Positions 1-13,059 of a DNA stretch of 64,000 bases are shown piece after piece. A program made the translations under genes and the position numbers. The stretch lies in assembly GCF_030028105.1 (NCBI RefSeq), contig NC_092374.1, positions 197,589,345-197,653,344 of the forward strand. The letters run 5' to 3'. Source of the DNA: Mobula birostris. Its lineage: Eukaryota. Every line of letters starts with the position of its first letter. Position 1 is the first letter of the stretch. The notes beneath the pieces were generated by a model. The model was not told the origin of the DNA. It worked only from the letters and a program-made list of their open reading frames with translations, and did not search any database.

Positions 1-2486
1 GGAAACAGATCCTGGAAAGATTTAATAATAACAGAGTTGTCGTGATGGGAGATTTTAATTTCCCAAATATCGATTGGCATCTCCCTAGAGCGAGGGGTTT
101 AGATGGAGTGGAGTTTGTTAGGTGTGTTCAGGAAGGTTTCCTGACACAATATGTAGATAAGCCAACGAGAGGAGAGTCTGTACTTGATCTGTATTGGGAA
201 ATGAACCTGGTCAGGTGTCAGATCTCACAGTGGGAGAGCATTTTGGAGATAGTGATCATAATTCTATCGCCTTTACAATAGCATTGGAGAGAGATAGGAA
301 CAGACAAGTTAGAAAAGCGGTTAATTGGAGTAAGGGGAAATATGAGGCTATCAGGCAAGAAATTGGAAGCTTAAATTGGGAACAGATGTTCTCAGGCAAA
401 AGTACGGAAGAAATGTGGCAAATGTTCAGGGGATATTTGTGTGGAGTTCTGCATAGGTACGTTCTAATGAGACAGGGAAGTTATGGTAGGGTATAGGAAG
501 CATAGTGTACAAAGGCTGTAATAAATCTAGTCAAGAAGAAAAGAAAAGCTTACAAAAGGTTCAGAGAGCTAGGTAATGTTAGGGATCTAGCAGATTATAA
601 GGCTAACAGGAAGGAGCTTAAAAAGGAAATTAGGAGAGCCAGAAGGGAGCATGAGAAAGCCCTGGCGGGCAGGTTTAAGGAAAATCATAAGGCATTCAAG
701 TATGTTAAGTGCAAGAGGATAAGATGTGAAAGAATAGGACATATCAAGTCTGACAGTGGGAAAGTGTGTATGGAACCGGAGGAAATAGCAGAGGTACTTA
801 ATGAATACTTCAGTATTCACTATGGAAAAGGATCTTGGTGATTGTAGTGCTGACTTGCAGCAGACTGAAAAGCTTGAGCATGTAGATATTAAGAAAAGAT
901 GTGCTGGAGCTTTTGGAAAGTATCAAGTTGGATAACTTGGCGGGACTAAATGAGATGTACCCCAGGCTACTGTGGGAGGCAAGGGAGAAGATTGCTGAGC
1001 CTCTGGCGATGATCTTTGAATCATCAATGGGAACGGGAGAGGTTCCAAAGGGTTGGAGGTTTGTGGATGTTGTTCCCTTATTCAAGAAAGGGAGTAGAGA
1101 TAGCCCAGGAATATAGACCAGTGAGTCTGACTTCAGTGGTTGGTAAGTTGATGGAGAAGATCCTGAGAGGCAGGATTTATGAACATTTGGAGAGGTATAA
1201 TATGATTAGGAATAGTCAGCATGGCTTTGTCAAGGGCAGGTGGTGCCTTACGAGCCTGATTGAATTTTTTAAGGATGCGACTAAACACATTGATGAAGGA
1301 AGAGCAGTAGATGTAGTGTTTATGGATTTCAGAAAGGCATTTGATAAGGTACCCTATGCAAGGCTTATTGAGAAAGTAAGGAGGCATGGGATCCAAGGGG
1401 ACATTGCTTTGTGGATCCAGAACTGGCTTGCCCACAGAAGTCAAAGAGTGGTTGTAGATGGGTCATATTCTGCATGGAGTTCGGTGACCAGTGGTGTGCC
1501 TCAGGGATCTGTTCTGGGACCCTTACTCTTCATGATTTTTATAAATGACCTGGATGAGGAAGTGGAGAGATGGGTTAGTAAGTTTGCTGATGACACAAGG
1601 TTGAGGGTGTTGTGGATAGTGTGGAGGGCTGTCGGTGGTTACAACGGGACATTGATAGGATGCAAAACTGACCTGCCAAGTGGCAGATGGAGTTCAACCA
1701 GGTAAGTGTGAAGTGGTTCATTTTGGTAGGTCAAATATGATGGCAGAATATAGTATTAATGGTAAGACTCTTGGTAGTGTGGAGGATCAGAGGGATCTTG
1801 GGGTCTGAGTCCATAGGACACTCAAAGCAGCTACACAGGTTGACTCTGTGGTTAAGAAGGCGTATGGCGTATGGGCCTTCATTAATCATGGAATTGAGTT
1901 TAGGAGCCGAGAGGTAATGTTGTAGCTATATACGACCCTGGTCAGACCCCACTTGGAGTACGGTGCTCAGTTCTGGTCGCCTCACTACAGGTAGGATGTG
2001 GAAGCCATAGAAAGGGTGCAGAGGAGATTTACAAGGATGTTGCCTGGATTGGGGAGCATGTCTTATGAAAACAGGTTGAGTGAACTCGGCCTTTTCGCCT
2101 TGGAGCGATGGAAGGCGAGACGTGACCAGATAGAGGTGTATAAGATGATGAGAGGCATTGATCGTGTGGATAGTCAGAGGCTTTTCCCCAGGGCTGAAAT
2201 GGTTGCCCCTAGAGGACACGGGTTTAAGGTGCTGGGGAGTAGGTACTGAGGTGATGTCAGGGGTAGGTTTTTTACTCAGAGAGTGGTGAGTGCGTGGAAT
2301 GGGCTGCTGGCAACGGTGGTGGAGGTGGATACGATAGGGTCTTTTAAGAGACTTTTGGATAGGTACATGGAGCTTAGAAAAATAGAGGGCTATGGGGAAG
2401 TCCAGTAATTTCTAAGGTAGGGACATGTTCGACACAACTTTGTGGGCTGAAGGGCCTGTGTTGTGCTGTAGGTTTTCTATGTTTCT
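1..2486 (+). mobile_element. CR1-clade LINE, degenerate ORF2 (endonuclease end, RT) and 3' tail
   Basis: Frameshifted ORFs with [58 protein letters not shown]; ends in tttctatgtttct. Confidence 0.9.
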
Positions 2487-4163
2487 GCTTAATAAATACT
2501 TTCTTTTCAGTATTCACTGCGGAAAAGGATCTTGGTGATTGCAGGGATGACTTGCAGTGGACTGAAAAGCTTGAGAATGTAGATATTGAGGAAGAGGATG
2601 TGCTGGAACTTTTGGAAAGCAAGTTGAATAAGTCACCGAAACTAGATGGAATACCCAGGCTACTGTGGGAAGCAAGGGAGGAGATTGCTGAGCCTCTGGC
2701 GATGATCTTTGCATCATCAATGGGGACGGGAGAGGTTCCGGAGGATTGGAGGGTTGCGGATGTTGTTCCTTTATTCAAGAAAGGGAGTAGAGATAGCCCA
2801 GGAAATTATAGGTCAGTGAGTCTTACTTCAGTGGTTGATAAGTTGATGGAGAAGATCCTGAGAGGCAGGATTTATGAACATTTGGAGAGGCATAATATGA
2901 TTAGGAATAGTCAGCATGACTCTGTCAAAGGCAGGTCATGCCTTCTGAGCCTGATTGAATTTTTGACGATGTGACTAAACACATTGATGAAGGTAGAGCT
3001 ATAGATGTAGTGGATATGGATTTCAGCAAGGCATTTGATAAGATGCCCCATGCAAGGCTTATTGAGAAAGTAAGGAGGTATGGGATCCAAGGGGACATTG
3101 CTTTGTGGATCCAGAACTGGCTTGCCCACAGAAGTCAAAGAGTGGTTGTAGACGGGTCATATTCTGCATGGAGATCAGTGACCAGTGGTGTGCCTCAGGG
3201 ATCTGTTCTGGGACCCCTAGTCTTTGTGATTCTTATAAAAGACCTGGATGAGGAAGTGGAGGGATGGGTTAGTAAATTTGTTGATGACACAAAGGTTAGG
3301 GGTGATGTGGATTGTGTGGAAGGACATTGATAGGATGCAAAATTGGGCTGAGAAGTGGCAGATGGATTTCAACCCAAATAAGTGTGAGGTGGTTCATTTT
3401 GGTAGGTCAAATATGATGGCAGAATATAGCATTAATGATAAGATTCTTGGCAGTGTGGAGGATCAGAGGGATCTTGGGGTCCGAGTCCATAGGAGGTTCA
3501 AAGCTGCTACGCAGGTTGACCCTGTGGTTAAGAAGGCATACGGTGCATTGGCCTTCATCAATCATGGGATTGAGTTTAAGAGCCAGAGGTAATGCTGCAG
3601 CTATATAGGACCCTGGTCAGACCCCACTTGGAGTACTGTGCTCAATTCTGGTCGCCTCACTACAGGTAGGATGTGGAAGCCATAGAAAGGGTGCAGAGGA
3701 GATTTACAAGGATGTTGCCTGGATTGGGGAGCATGCCTTATGAGAACAGGTTGAGTGAACTCGGCCTTTTCTCCTTGGAGCAACGGAGGATGAGAGGTGA
3801 CATGATAGAGGTGTAGAAGATGATGAGAGGCATTGATCATGTGGATTGTCAGAGGCTTTTCCCCAGGGCTGAAATGGCTAGCATGAGAGGGCATAGTTTT
3901 AAGGTGCTTGGAAGTAGGTACAGAGGAGATGTCAGTGGGTAAGTTTTTTTTATGCAGAGAGTGGTGAGTGCGTGGAATGGACTGCTGGCAGTGCTGGTGG
4001 AGGTGGGAACGATAGGGTCTTTCAGGAGGCTCCTGGATGGCTACATGCTTAGGAAAGTAGAGGGCTATGGGGAAAGTCTGAGTAGTTCTAAGGAAGGGAC
4101 ATGTTCGGCACAGCTTTGTGGGCCGCAGGGCCTGTATTGTGCTGTAGGGTTTCTATGTTTCTA
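2487..4163 (+). mobile_element. Second, 5'-truncated CR1 copy, head-to-tail with the first
   Basis: Restarts at the equivalent of about position 797 (ttcagtattcac), same RT motifs, same tttctatgtttct tail. Confidence 0.9.
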
Positions 4164-4780
4164 AATAATGACATTAGGGTTAGAGATACTGGCCGGTGGG
4201 ATTGTCAACTGAACACCAATGTGGTGACACAGTAATAAACAAGGAAATATTTGCTGAATGTAATAATGGGGCAGTAGTTGTCATGGGAGACCTTAACATG
4301 CACACAAGTTAGACAAATCAAATTCATCGAAGCAGTCTTGAAGAGGGTTTCATAGAATGCATCTGTGATAACATTATTGAACAGCAGGATGTGACATCTT
4401 AGATCTGGTCCTGTGCAACGAGACAGGTCAAACTAATAAAGCTTTCGTTAAGAATCCACTTGGAAAGAGTGATCATTGAGTGATCAGACAAGTGGAGGGC
4501 GAAATGGTTCGATGTGAAGCCAGTCTGTTGCACCAGAATGAGAGAGACTGAAACAGTACACGGGAGGAGTTAGCTCACTTCGACTGGGAACACAGACCAC
4601 ATGGCAGGACAGTGGAAACACTGGAAGACATTCAAAGAGAGTTTTCACATTGTTCATCAGAAGTATTTCCAGTTGAAAACAAAGATAGTGAGGGTGGGGG
4701 AGAGCCAGCCTTGGAATACTGGGGAAATTACGGCAGATATTAAACTAAATCCTCATGAAAAGTCACCAGGAATAGTGTGA
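4164..4780 (+). mobile_element. Older CR1 endonuclease-region fragment
   Basis: gtagttgtcatgggagaccttaacatgcac = VVVMGDLNMH, followed by a DLVLCNE motif. Confidence 0.6.
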
Positions 4781-5815
4781 GCAACACACACACAAAGTGC
4801 TGGAGGATCTCAGCAGGCCAGAGTAGCACCTATGGAAAAGAGTACAGTTGATGTTTTGGGCCGAAACCCTCTGACAGGACTGGAGAAAAAAGCTGAGGAG
4901 TGGACTTAAAAGGTGGGGGAGTGGAGGGGAGAGAGAAACACCAGGTGATGAGCGAGACCTGGAGGGGGAGGGATGAAGTAAAGAGCTGCGAAGTTGATTG
5001 ATGAAAGAGACAGAAGGCCACAGAAGAAAGGAAAGAGAGGAGGAGCACTGGAGGCAGGTGATGGTCGGATAAGGAGGTAAGGTGAGAGAGGGAAAAGGGG
5101 ATGGGGAGTGGTGAAGGAGAGGGGGGTGGGGGGCATTACCGGAAGTTTGAGAAATTGATGTTCATGCCTTCAGGTTGGAGGCTACCCAGACAGATTATAA
5201 GGTGTTGTTCCTCCAACTTAAGTGTGGCCTCATCACGACGGTAGAGGATAGATGTATCGGAATGGGAATGGGAAATGGAATTAAAATGGGTGGCCACTGG
5301 GAAATCCCACTTTTTCTGGTGGACGGGGCATAGGTGCTTGGTGAAGCAGACTCCCACTCTACGTCAGATCTCACCGACATACAAGAAGCCACACCAGGAG
5401 CTCTGGACACGGTATATGAACCCAACAGACTGTTTAGGGCCTGAGTGGTAGTGAGGGAGGAGATGTAGGGGCAGGTGAAGCACTTGTTCTGCTTGCAAGG
5501 ATAAGTGCCAGTAGGCAGATCAGTGGGGAGGGATGAATGGACAGGGGAGTCACGTAGGGAGTGATCCCTGTGGAAAGCAGGAAGTGGAAGGAGGGTGGGA
5601 GGGAAAGAGGTGCTTGGTGGTGGGATCCCGCTGGAGGTTGCAGTAGTTTCGGAGAATTATGTGCTGGACATGGTGGCTGGTGGGGCGGTAGGTGAGGACA
5701 AGAAGAACCCTACCCCTGGTAGGGTGGCAAGAGTCTGGGGTAAGAGCAGACGAGTGTGTCAGATGCAGTTGAAGGCAGCGTTGATTGTGGAGGAAGGGAA
5801 GGCCCTTTCGAGAAT
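4781..5815 (-). mobile_element. Penelope-like element 3' part (GIY-YIG endonuclease remnant) with degenerate hammerhead tail
   Basis: Minus-strand CSRCGFLYVGE and FPVATHFNS...KLEEQHLIICLGSLQPEGMN; decayed hammerhead-like tail near 4845-4882. Confidence 0.75.
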
Positions 5816-6367
5816 GAAAAGCCTCCAGTGGAGATGAAGGAATTGAGAGAAGAGGATGGTGTTTTAACAAGTAACAGGGCGGGTCGAGGTAGAGTCCAGG
5901 AATACTGGGAGCAAGGAATATTGGGAGACTGGGAAAATGGGAAAATGTTTAAAAAGTAACAGTTAACCATGAGCAAACAAGTAAGAAAGGGAAGATTGTG
6001 AACGCAATCAGAATGGTTAAAGTGAATATATGCCCTTGATAATAAGATGAGGGAAATAATATTGGTTAATACAGAAATGGCCAAGGCTTTAAATAACTAA
6101 TTTAACACCTACAAAGTACATCTTCAACAGGAAATGCCTCAAAAAGATGGTATCCATCATTAAGGACATCACCCAGAACACACCCTCCTTCTCATCACTA
6201 CCATCAAGGTGGAGGTACAGGGGCCTGACGATACACACTCAACATTTTAGGAACAGCTGCTTCTCCACTGCCATCAGATTTCTGAATGGACAACTAACCA
6301 CGAACACATCCTCAGTATTTATTTCTTTACTTTTGCTCACTTTTTACATGACTAATTTAATTATATA

Positions 6368-6426
6368 CAGTACTGTGCAAAAAACCTGGGCACATATAGG
6401 GTGCCCAGATCTTTTGAACAGTACTG
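6368..6426. mobile_element. 59-bp TIR-only Tc1/mariner-type MITE
   Basis: ta|cagtactgtgcaaaa...ttttgaacagtactg|ta; near-palindrome flanked by TA. Confidence 0.6.
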
Positions 6427-6685
6427 TAACTTCAATTTACTACTTGCAAATTACAATTTACACTAAGCATTGAAGACTGGTTCTTGTTTGAATTAACATC
6501 GGCTGTATTTACACAAGTCCAGAATACTCCCTAACAGCAAGCATAAAAGGCTTTGAGCTCATCAGAGAGTGAATCTCGGGGCCATTTACAATACTGTGCA
6601 AAGTCTAAGGCAGCAAAGCTATTGTATGTGTGCCTTGGACTTTTGCACGGTACACTACATGGCAATGATGAGTTCAATGTATATA

Positions 6686-7797
6686 CAGTTGCAAGAAAAT
6701 GTTTGTGAACCCTTTGCAATTACCTGTTTTTCGGTATTAATTACTCATAAAATGTGGTCTGATCTTCACCTAAGTCACAATAATAGACAAGTACAATCTA
6801 CCTAAACTAATAATACACATTGTAATTCTTCACATCAACACTGAATACACCATTTAAACAATCACAGTCTAGGTTGAGAAAAGTATGTGCGCCTCTGGGG
6901 TAATGCCTTCTACAAAGGCTGTTTGGAGTCAGTTGTTCCAATCAATGAGATGGGAGGTGTGTGTTGTAGAGGTGCCCTGCCCCATAAAAAAAGACACAAG
7001 AGCCTGCTCTTCTCAAGAAAGATCTGTTTATGTGCACCATGCCTAAATCAAAACAAATTTCAGAGATCCTTAAAAGAAAAATTCCAGAGATGCATGAAGC
7101 TGGAAAAGGGCACCGCACACCGACACCAAAACCTCATCCCAGCTGTGAAGCATGGTGGGAGGAGCCCTGGGGTCTGGGGCTGCTTTGCTGCCTCAGGTCC
7201 TGGACAGCTTGTAATCATTGAGGGAATAATGAATTCAAAACTGTATCAAGACATTTTACAGGGTAGCAGTCCTTCACCTGAAGCTTAATAGGAGTTGAAT
7301 GATGCAACAAGACAATGATCAGAAATCCAAGAGTAAATGAACAACAGAATGTTTAAAAAGAAGAAAAGAAATTGTGTTTTCAAATGACGAAGTCAGAGTC
7401 CAGACCTTGACCCAATTGCCATGCTGAGGTAGAACCTGAAGAGGGCTGTTCCTGCAAGGTATCCCAGAAATACTGATGAACCGAAACATTTTTGTACAGA
7501 GGAAATGGTCTAAAATTCCTCTTCATTGTACAGGTCTGATCAGTAGCTACAAGAAACATTTGGTGGAGGTTATTGCTAGTAAAAGAAGTTCTACCTGTTA
7601 TTAAATACAAAGGATCACATACATTTTCCAGCCTGGATTGAGAATGATTGAACAGTGTGTTCAATAAAGACATAAAAAGTACAATTGTTTGTGTGTTATT
7701 AGTTTAGGCAGATTCTGTCTATTATTATGACTTAGATGAAGATCAGACCACATTTTATGAGTAATTAATGCAGAAAACCAAGTAATTGCAGAGGATT
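6686..7797 (+). mobile_element. Tc1-like DNA transposon, internally deleted; right TIR cut by the N gap
   Basis: TA|CAGTTG start; long inverted repeats (aattactcataaaatgtggtctgatcttca on both ends); transposase remnant VKHGG..VWGCFAASG and QQDND. Confidence 0.85.
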
Positions 7798-7961
7798 NNN
7801 NNNNNNNNNNNNNNNNNNNNNNNNNNNNNNNNNNNNNNNNNNNNNNNNNNNNNNNNNNNNNNNNNNNNNNNNNNNNNNNNNNNNNNNNNNNNNNNNNNNN
7901 NNNNNNNNNNNNNNNNNNNNNNNNNNNNNNNNNNNNNNNNNNNNNNNNNNNNNNNNNNNNN
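7798..7961. other. Assembly gap (164 N)
   Basis: Run of N. Confidence 1.
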
Positions 7962-8851
7962 AGATCTTTTGTTACGAATTGCAACATACTGCTGCTGCAA
8001 ATCCATGCTTTTCACAACATATGCCTTTGATATTAAACATTATTCTGACTTTGTGTTGGGATCTAACCTGCCAAAGAGAGGTGCGATGGATGCCCTCTTC
8101 TCATTTCTACCATCAGGAAGGAGGTACAGAAGCCTGAAGGCTCACACTCACACATTCAGGAACTGCTTCTTCCCCTCTGCCGTCCACTTCTGACTGCACA
8201 TTGAACCCATGAACACCACCTCACTTTTTTTTATTTCTGTTTTTACACTGCTTATCTTAATTTAACTATTTAATATGCAAATATACATTCTTACTGTAAT
8301 TAATTCTTTCTCTATTATCATGTATTGCATTGCACTCTTGCCTCAAAGACAACAGCCTGTAATCTTAAACCTGATTCTGACTTTGCGTCGAGGACACATC
8401 TAACAGGTCAAGGAGAGATGTTATGGATGCAATGCAAGGTGGGAACCCTAGGCAATCACTGTCACCCATTTGGTGATGAGCGGATGGGTAAGCCGAGCAA
8501 ACAGTAGGCAAGTCCCCTGATGGAAAGCATTCCAGGGAACCGACAGAAATGGCTGACTATATAGTAGATGTGTTTGTGATAATTTACCTTTTTTTTTTGT
8601 GAGGAACAGTCCCAAATTTCAATATTCAGCCTCCCAGAATGAATTGGAGGTCAGTAGTCAACTCTAGCTAGAGCCTTGTTTAACTGCTTGGCGGGAAGAT
8701 AAAGATTTTGACCTGTTAGTGGGTATGGAAGGACAGTAAAGTCATGGCATCATTTTGTATAAACCAATCCCCATTATTCTGCACTAACCAACAAACACAC
8801 ACTTACACCAATCAATCAATCATCCACACACTGGGGAGGGGGTGGGATTTA

Positions 8852-9376
8852 CACTCAGTGGCCACTTTATTAGGTACATCCTACACATGACAAAGTGCTG
8901 TCTTAGAGTGCGTCTGTGCTCCAGCAGGTCCATTTGAATGTTCTCCATGCTGTTCATTCAGACGCTCTTCTGCACACCACTGTTGTACCACATGGTTATT
9001 TGAGTTACTGTCACCTTCCTGTCGTCCAGAACCAGTCTGACCGTTCTCCTCCGACCACTCTCAACAACAAGGCATTTTTGCTCACTGCATGGTTTTTGTT
9101 TTACACACCATTCTCTGTAAACTTTAGCGAATGTTGTGAACAAAAATACTAGAGATCAGTAGTTTTTGAGATACTCAAACCACCCTGTCTGGCACCAAGT
9201 CATTCCACAAATCACATTTCTTACCCATTCTGATGTTTGGTCTGAACAACATTTGAACCTTCTTGACTATGTCCGCCTGCTGCTATGCGCTGAGCTGCTG
9301 CTACATGATTGGCTGTTTAGTTGTTTGCATTAACCAGCAGCTGTACAGCTGTACCTAGTAAAGTGGCCACGGAGTG
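8852..9376 (-). mobile_element. Non-autonomous Tc1-like element upstream of hsp70 copy 1
   Basis: TIRs cactcagtggccactttattaggtaca / tgtacctagtaaagtggccacggagtg with TA flanks; remnant RLVLDDRKVTVTQIT. Confidence 0.8.
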
Positions 9377-9964
9377 TACGTCTGAGACTAACCCAATCCT
9401 GAGCTGTACATTCTAGCCCCTTGCATTTTCGGGCCAAGGGAACCTCCAACAGCAAGTCAACGCACTAATAATACCGGATATTATCCACAACCTCCACAAG
9501 TCTCCTGTATCCTGCAAGACTACATCTCACCATTGAGCCAAATTAGACTCTAAAGCTTGCCGACCCCACAGATATAAAATAAAATTGATGCTCTTCTGCC
9601 TTTTACACCATTCATAAATATACATGCTGATTTTACCTTAATTAATTATTTTCTGCACTGTCGCCAAATATCTAAGATCGCCACTCAATCGTACAATATC
9701 ATGCTGTATTCTGGCCAATCCACGGCTAAAGAAAGAAAAAGGCTCCCGGTCAGAGGTGAGGCGGAGTTCAGCGCTGTCAACCTCGATAGAAACTCACTAA
9801 AAAGTCATCGGGTAAATTTCAATCCCATCAACAAATAAAATAAATGCTTTCCATCGTAAATTGTCGTTACATAAATCTGAACAACAATATTATCCCCACA
9901 CCATATACACAGTCGAGTTTTGTTTCATAACCGACACTACATGGGTATTAGCGCTGGGAGCCGC

Positions 9965-10745
9965 AGGGACTTGCGAAAATTCTGGAAGTGGCGAGGTAGA
10001 TCTGGTGCAGAGTCTGGGAGGATTTGATTACACTGACATCGCTGCGTTACGGATAATTTATTTTAATTTGCTTATGTCACCTTCTCTTTGCAATGTACTA
10101 TACGGGGGCTGTAAAAAGATTATTTATGACATTTAAACCCTGTATATTTAAAACGCAAATCAAAAAAAAAACTTCTCGCGGAAACTTCACCATCACTTCT
10201 GTCAATCTAATAATTTTTTTAAACTTCGTGTCAAGTCCTGTTCTGGTCACAAACACCGCAAAAGTCCTTTTGTCAAAATTGAGTGTCACAAACTCTGACT
10301 TTCAGTTCTATACTTCCTTTAAGTGCTCTGTTACTAATTTCGTCCTGCAGATATTAACCAGAGCTGTCGATCCTTGTTTGCTGGCTTCGTCCCTTTAAGG
10401 CCAGAGAATTCTCTCCCCAGAAGATGCTTCAGATTTTTTCTTGCGTGCAGGGAACTTTTGGAAGAAATTGCTGGTTTCGTATATTTAAAAAGTGTTTCAA
10501 AGGGTTCCCGAATGACTCGGTTTTCAGCCGGAACCTCCCTGACTGCACCAGATCTTTCTCGCTATTACCAGAACATTCGCGAAGCCCCGGCAAGTCTCAG
10601 ACTAGCAGCGTTCTGATTGGCCGCCGCCTCGGAACCTTCTCCAACCTTCGGCGGTGAGTCACTCGCCGGCGTTTTCATTGGTTTACCGGGTCGTCCCTCA
10701 AGAACAAAGCACCGCCCACACCGCTGTGCTGGGACTATATTAAGG
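9965..10745 (+). promoter_or_regulatory. hsp70 copy 1 heat-shock promoter
   Basis: Perfect 3-unit HSEs cGAAaaTTCtgGAAg (9974-9988) and aGAAcaTTCgcGAAg (10570-10584); imperfect HSE at about 10631-10650; ATTGG at 10616 and 10677; TGAGTCA at 10655; CCGCCC at 10712; TATATTAA at 10736. Confidence 0.85.
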
Positions 10746-10845
10746 GACGGAGCAGGGGACCAGGCAGTAACGATCTGCTTGGAAAAACAAGGAATTCCTT
10801 GCGGTATTTCAATAAAGAACGTCGGAGCTTTCGTCAGAAACACAG

Positions 10846-12768
10846 ATGTCTGCATCAACGGGAACAGCTATCGGTATCGACCTGGGCACCACCTACTCCT
10901 GTGTGGGGGTCTTCCAACATGGCAAAGTGGAGATCATCGCCAATGACCAGGGCAACCGCACCACCCCCAGCTATGTGGCCTTCAACGACACCGAGAGGCT
11001 CATCGGTGATGCAGCCAAGAACCAGGTGGCAATGAACCCCGCCAACACCATCTTTGATGCCAAGCGGCTTATTGGGAGGAGGTTTGACGACCCGACGGTA
11101 CATTCTGACATGAAGCACTGGCCCTTCCAGGTGGTGAGTGATGCGGGGAAGCCAAAGGTGAAGGTGGAGTACAAGGGGGAGAACAAAACCTTTTACCCAG
11201 AGGAAATCTCCTCCATGGTGCTGACCAAGATGAAGGAAATTGCTGAGGCTTACCTTGGCTGCAGAGTCACCAACGCTGTCATCACCGTTCCTGCTTACTT
11301 CAATGATTCCCAACGCCAGGCAACCAAAGATGCTGGTGTGATAGCTGGTCTCAATGTCCTGCGTGTCATCAATGAGCCAACTGCAGCTGCCATTGCCTAT
11401 GGTCTGGACAAGAAAGGTAAAGGGGAGCGTAATGTTCTCATCTTTGACCTGGGTGGTGGCACCTTCGATGTGTCCATTCTCTCCATCGATGACGGTATCT
11501 TTGAAGTGAAATCAACAGCTGGTGATACCCACCTGGGAGGAGAGGACTTTGACAACCGCATGGTCAATCACTTCATTGAGGAGTTCAAGCGGAAATACAA
11601 GAAAGACATCAGCCAGAACAAGAGAGCGGTGAGGAGGCTGCGGACGGCCTGTGAGAGAGCAAAGAGAACGCTGTCTTCCAGCACCCAAGCCAGTATTGAG
11701 ATTGACTCTCTGTTTGAGGGTGTTGATTTCTACACCTCTATCACAAGGGCTCGCTTTGAGGAGCTGAACTCTGACCTGTTCAGGGGCACTCTGGAGCCAG
11801 TGGAGAAAGCCCTGAGAGATGCCAAGCTGGACAAATCCAAAATCCATGAAATTGTCCTGGTGGGAGGCTCCACCCGAATCCCCAAGATCCAGAAGCTGCT
11901 GCAAGATTTCTTCAACGGTAGGGAGCTGAACAAGAGCATCAACCCCGACGAGGCCGTGGCCTATGGGGCAGCTGTCCAGGCGGCCATTCTGATGGGCGAC
12001 AAGTCGGAGAATGTTCAGGATCTGCTACTCCTGGATGTTGCTGCTCTGTCATTGGGGCTGGAGACGGCAGGTGGAGTCATGACCACACTTATCAAGCGTA
12101 ACACAACCATCCCCACCAAGCAGACCCAGATTTTCAGCACCTACTCTGATAACCAGCCTGGGGTCCTTATTCAGGTGTTTGAAGGCGAGAGAGCCATGAC
12201 CAAGGACAACAACCTTCTGGGCAAGTTTGAGTTGAGTGGCATCCCTCCCGCTCCTCGTGGCGTACCCCAGATTGAGGTGACCTTCGATATTGACGCCAAT
12301 GGCATTCTCAATGTCTCTGCTGTTGACAAGAGCACCGGGAAAACAAACAAGATCACCATCACCAACGACAAGGGCAGGCTGAGTAAGGAAGAAATTGACA
12401 GGATGGTGCAAGATGCAGAGAAGTACAAGAATGAGGATGAAATGCAGCGGCAGAAGATTGCAGCCAAGAACTCTCTGGAGTCCTATGCCTTCAACATGAA
12501 GGGCTCTGTGGAGGATGAGAAGATGGCCGGAAAGATCAGTGCTGAGGACAAGAGGAAAGTCATTGACCTGTGCAACGAGACAATATCCTGGCTGGAGAAG
12601 AATCAGATGGCAGAGAAGGAGGAGTTTGAGCACAAGCAGAAAGAGCTGGAAAAACTCTGCAATCCCATCACTGCCAAACTGTACCAAGGAGCAGCCGCAG
12701 GGGAATCGTGCAGGGCACAGGCTGGGAATGCCAGTTCTGCCGGACCAACTATTGAGGAGGTGGATTAA
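10846..12768 (+). CDS. hsp70: Intronless, inducible-type cytosolic Hsp70, 640 aa (copy 1)
   Basis: [36 protein letters not shown] signatures; C-terminal GPTIEEVD; no GGMP repeats; HSE/TATA promoter. Confidence 0.98.
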   Translation: MSASTGTAIGIDLGTTYSCVGVFQHGKVEIIANDQGNRTTPSYVAFNDTERLIGDAAKNQVAMNPANTIFDAKRLIGRRFDDPTVHSDMKHWPFQVVSDAGKPKVKVEYKGENKTFYPEEISSMVLTKMKEIAEAYLGCRVTNAVITVPAYFNDSQRQATKDAGVIAGLNVLRVINEPTAAAIAYGLDKKGKGERNVLIFDLGGGTFDVSILSIDDGIFEVKSTAGDTHLGGEDFDNRMVNHFIEEFKRKYKKDISQNKRAVRRLRTACERAKRTLSSSTQASIEIDSLFEGVDFYTSITRARFEELNSDLFRGTLEPVEKALRDAKLDKSKIHEIVLVGGSTRIPKIQKLLQDFFNGRELNKSINPDEAVAYGAAVQAAILMGDKSENVQDLLLLDVAALSLGLETAGGVMTTLIKRNTTIPTKQTQIFSTYSDNQPGVLIQVFEGERAMTKDNNLLGKFELSGIPPAPRGVPQIEVTFDIDANGILNVSAVDKSTGKTNKITITNDKGRLSKEEIDRMVQDAEKYKNEDEMQRQKIAAKNSLESYAFNMKGSVEDEKMAGKISAEDKRKVIDLCNETISWLEKNQMAEKEEFEHKQKELEKLCNPITAKLYQGAAAGESCRAQAGNASSAGPTIEEVD

Positions 12769-13053
12769 AGGACTGTAAATGTGACTGTCTGGGGCTTGCA
12801 CAGTTTGAGCTGTCTGGACACTTCAGTGGGTCTGATGCTGATGTTGGCACTTGGGAATAGTCTTCACTGTAACACCACGGGGTCATGTCAATGTCCTGAA
12901 TCTGGCTGTGATGTATTAATTGTAAACACTGGTAACGAGTTGTATTCAATTCCTTTGATCGGGTTTTTTGTATTGGGGTATTTTATTTTTTTAAAGTCAT
13001 CTGTTTTGGAATGTAAACTTTGTACAGTTTTAAGTTTCTTGTAACATGCTTTT

Positions 13054-13059
13054 AATAAA
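13054..13059 (+). terminator. Probable hsp70 polyadenylation signal
   Basis: AATAAA about 285 nt after the stop codon, kept at the equivalent place in copies 2-5. Confidence 0.65.

Noticed and set aside
7661-8193. ORFs spanning the N run
   Set aside because: Artefacts of translating N.
9430-9720. Possible inverted hsp70 core promoter or 5' UTR beyond the distal HSE
   Set aside because: Only a CCAAT and weak similarity at non-matching spacing; no inverted TATA or hsp70 coding relic.
12049-12801. Long antisense ORFs over hsp70 (250, 152 and 130 aa; repeated in other copies)
   Set aside because: Well-known shadow of hsp70 codon usage; broken by stops and with no independent support.
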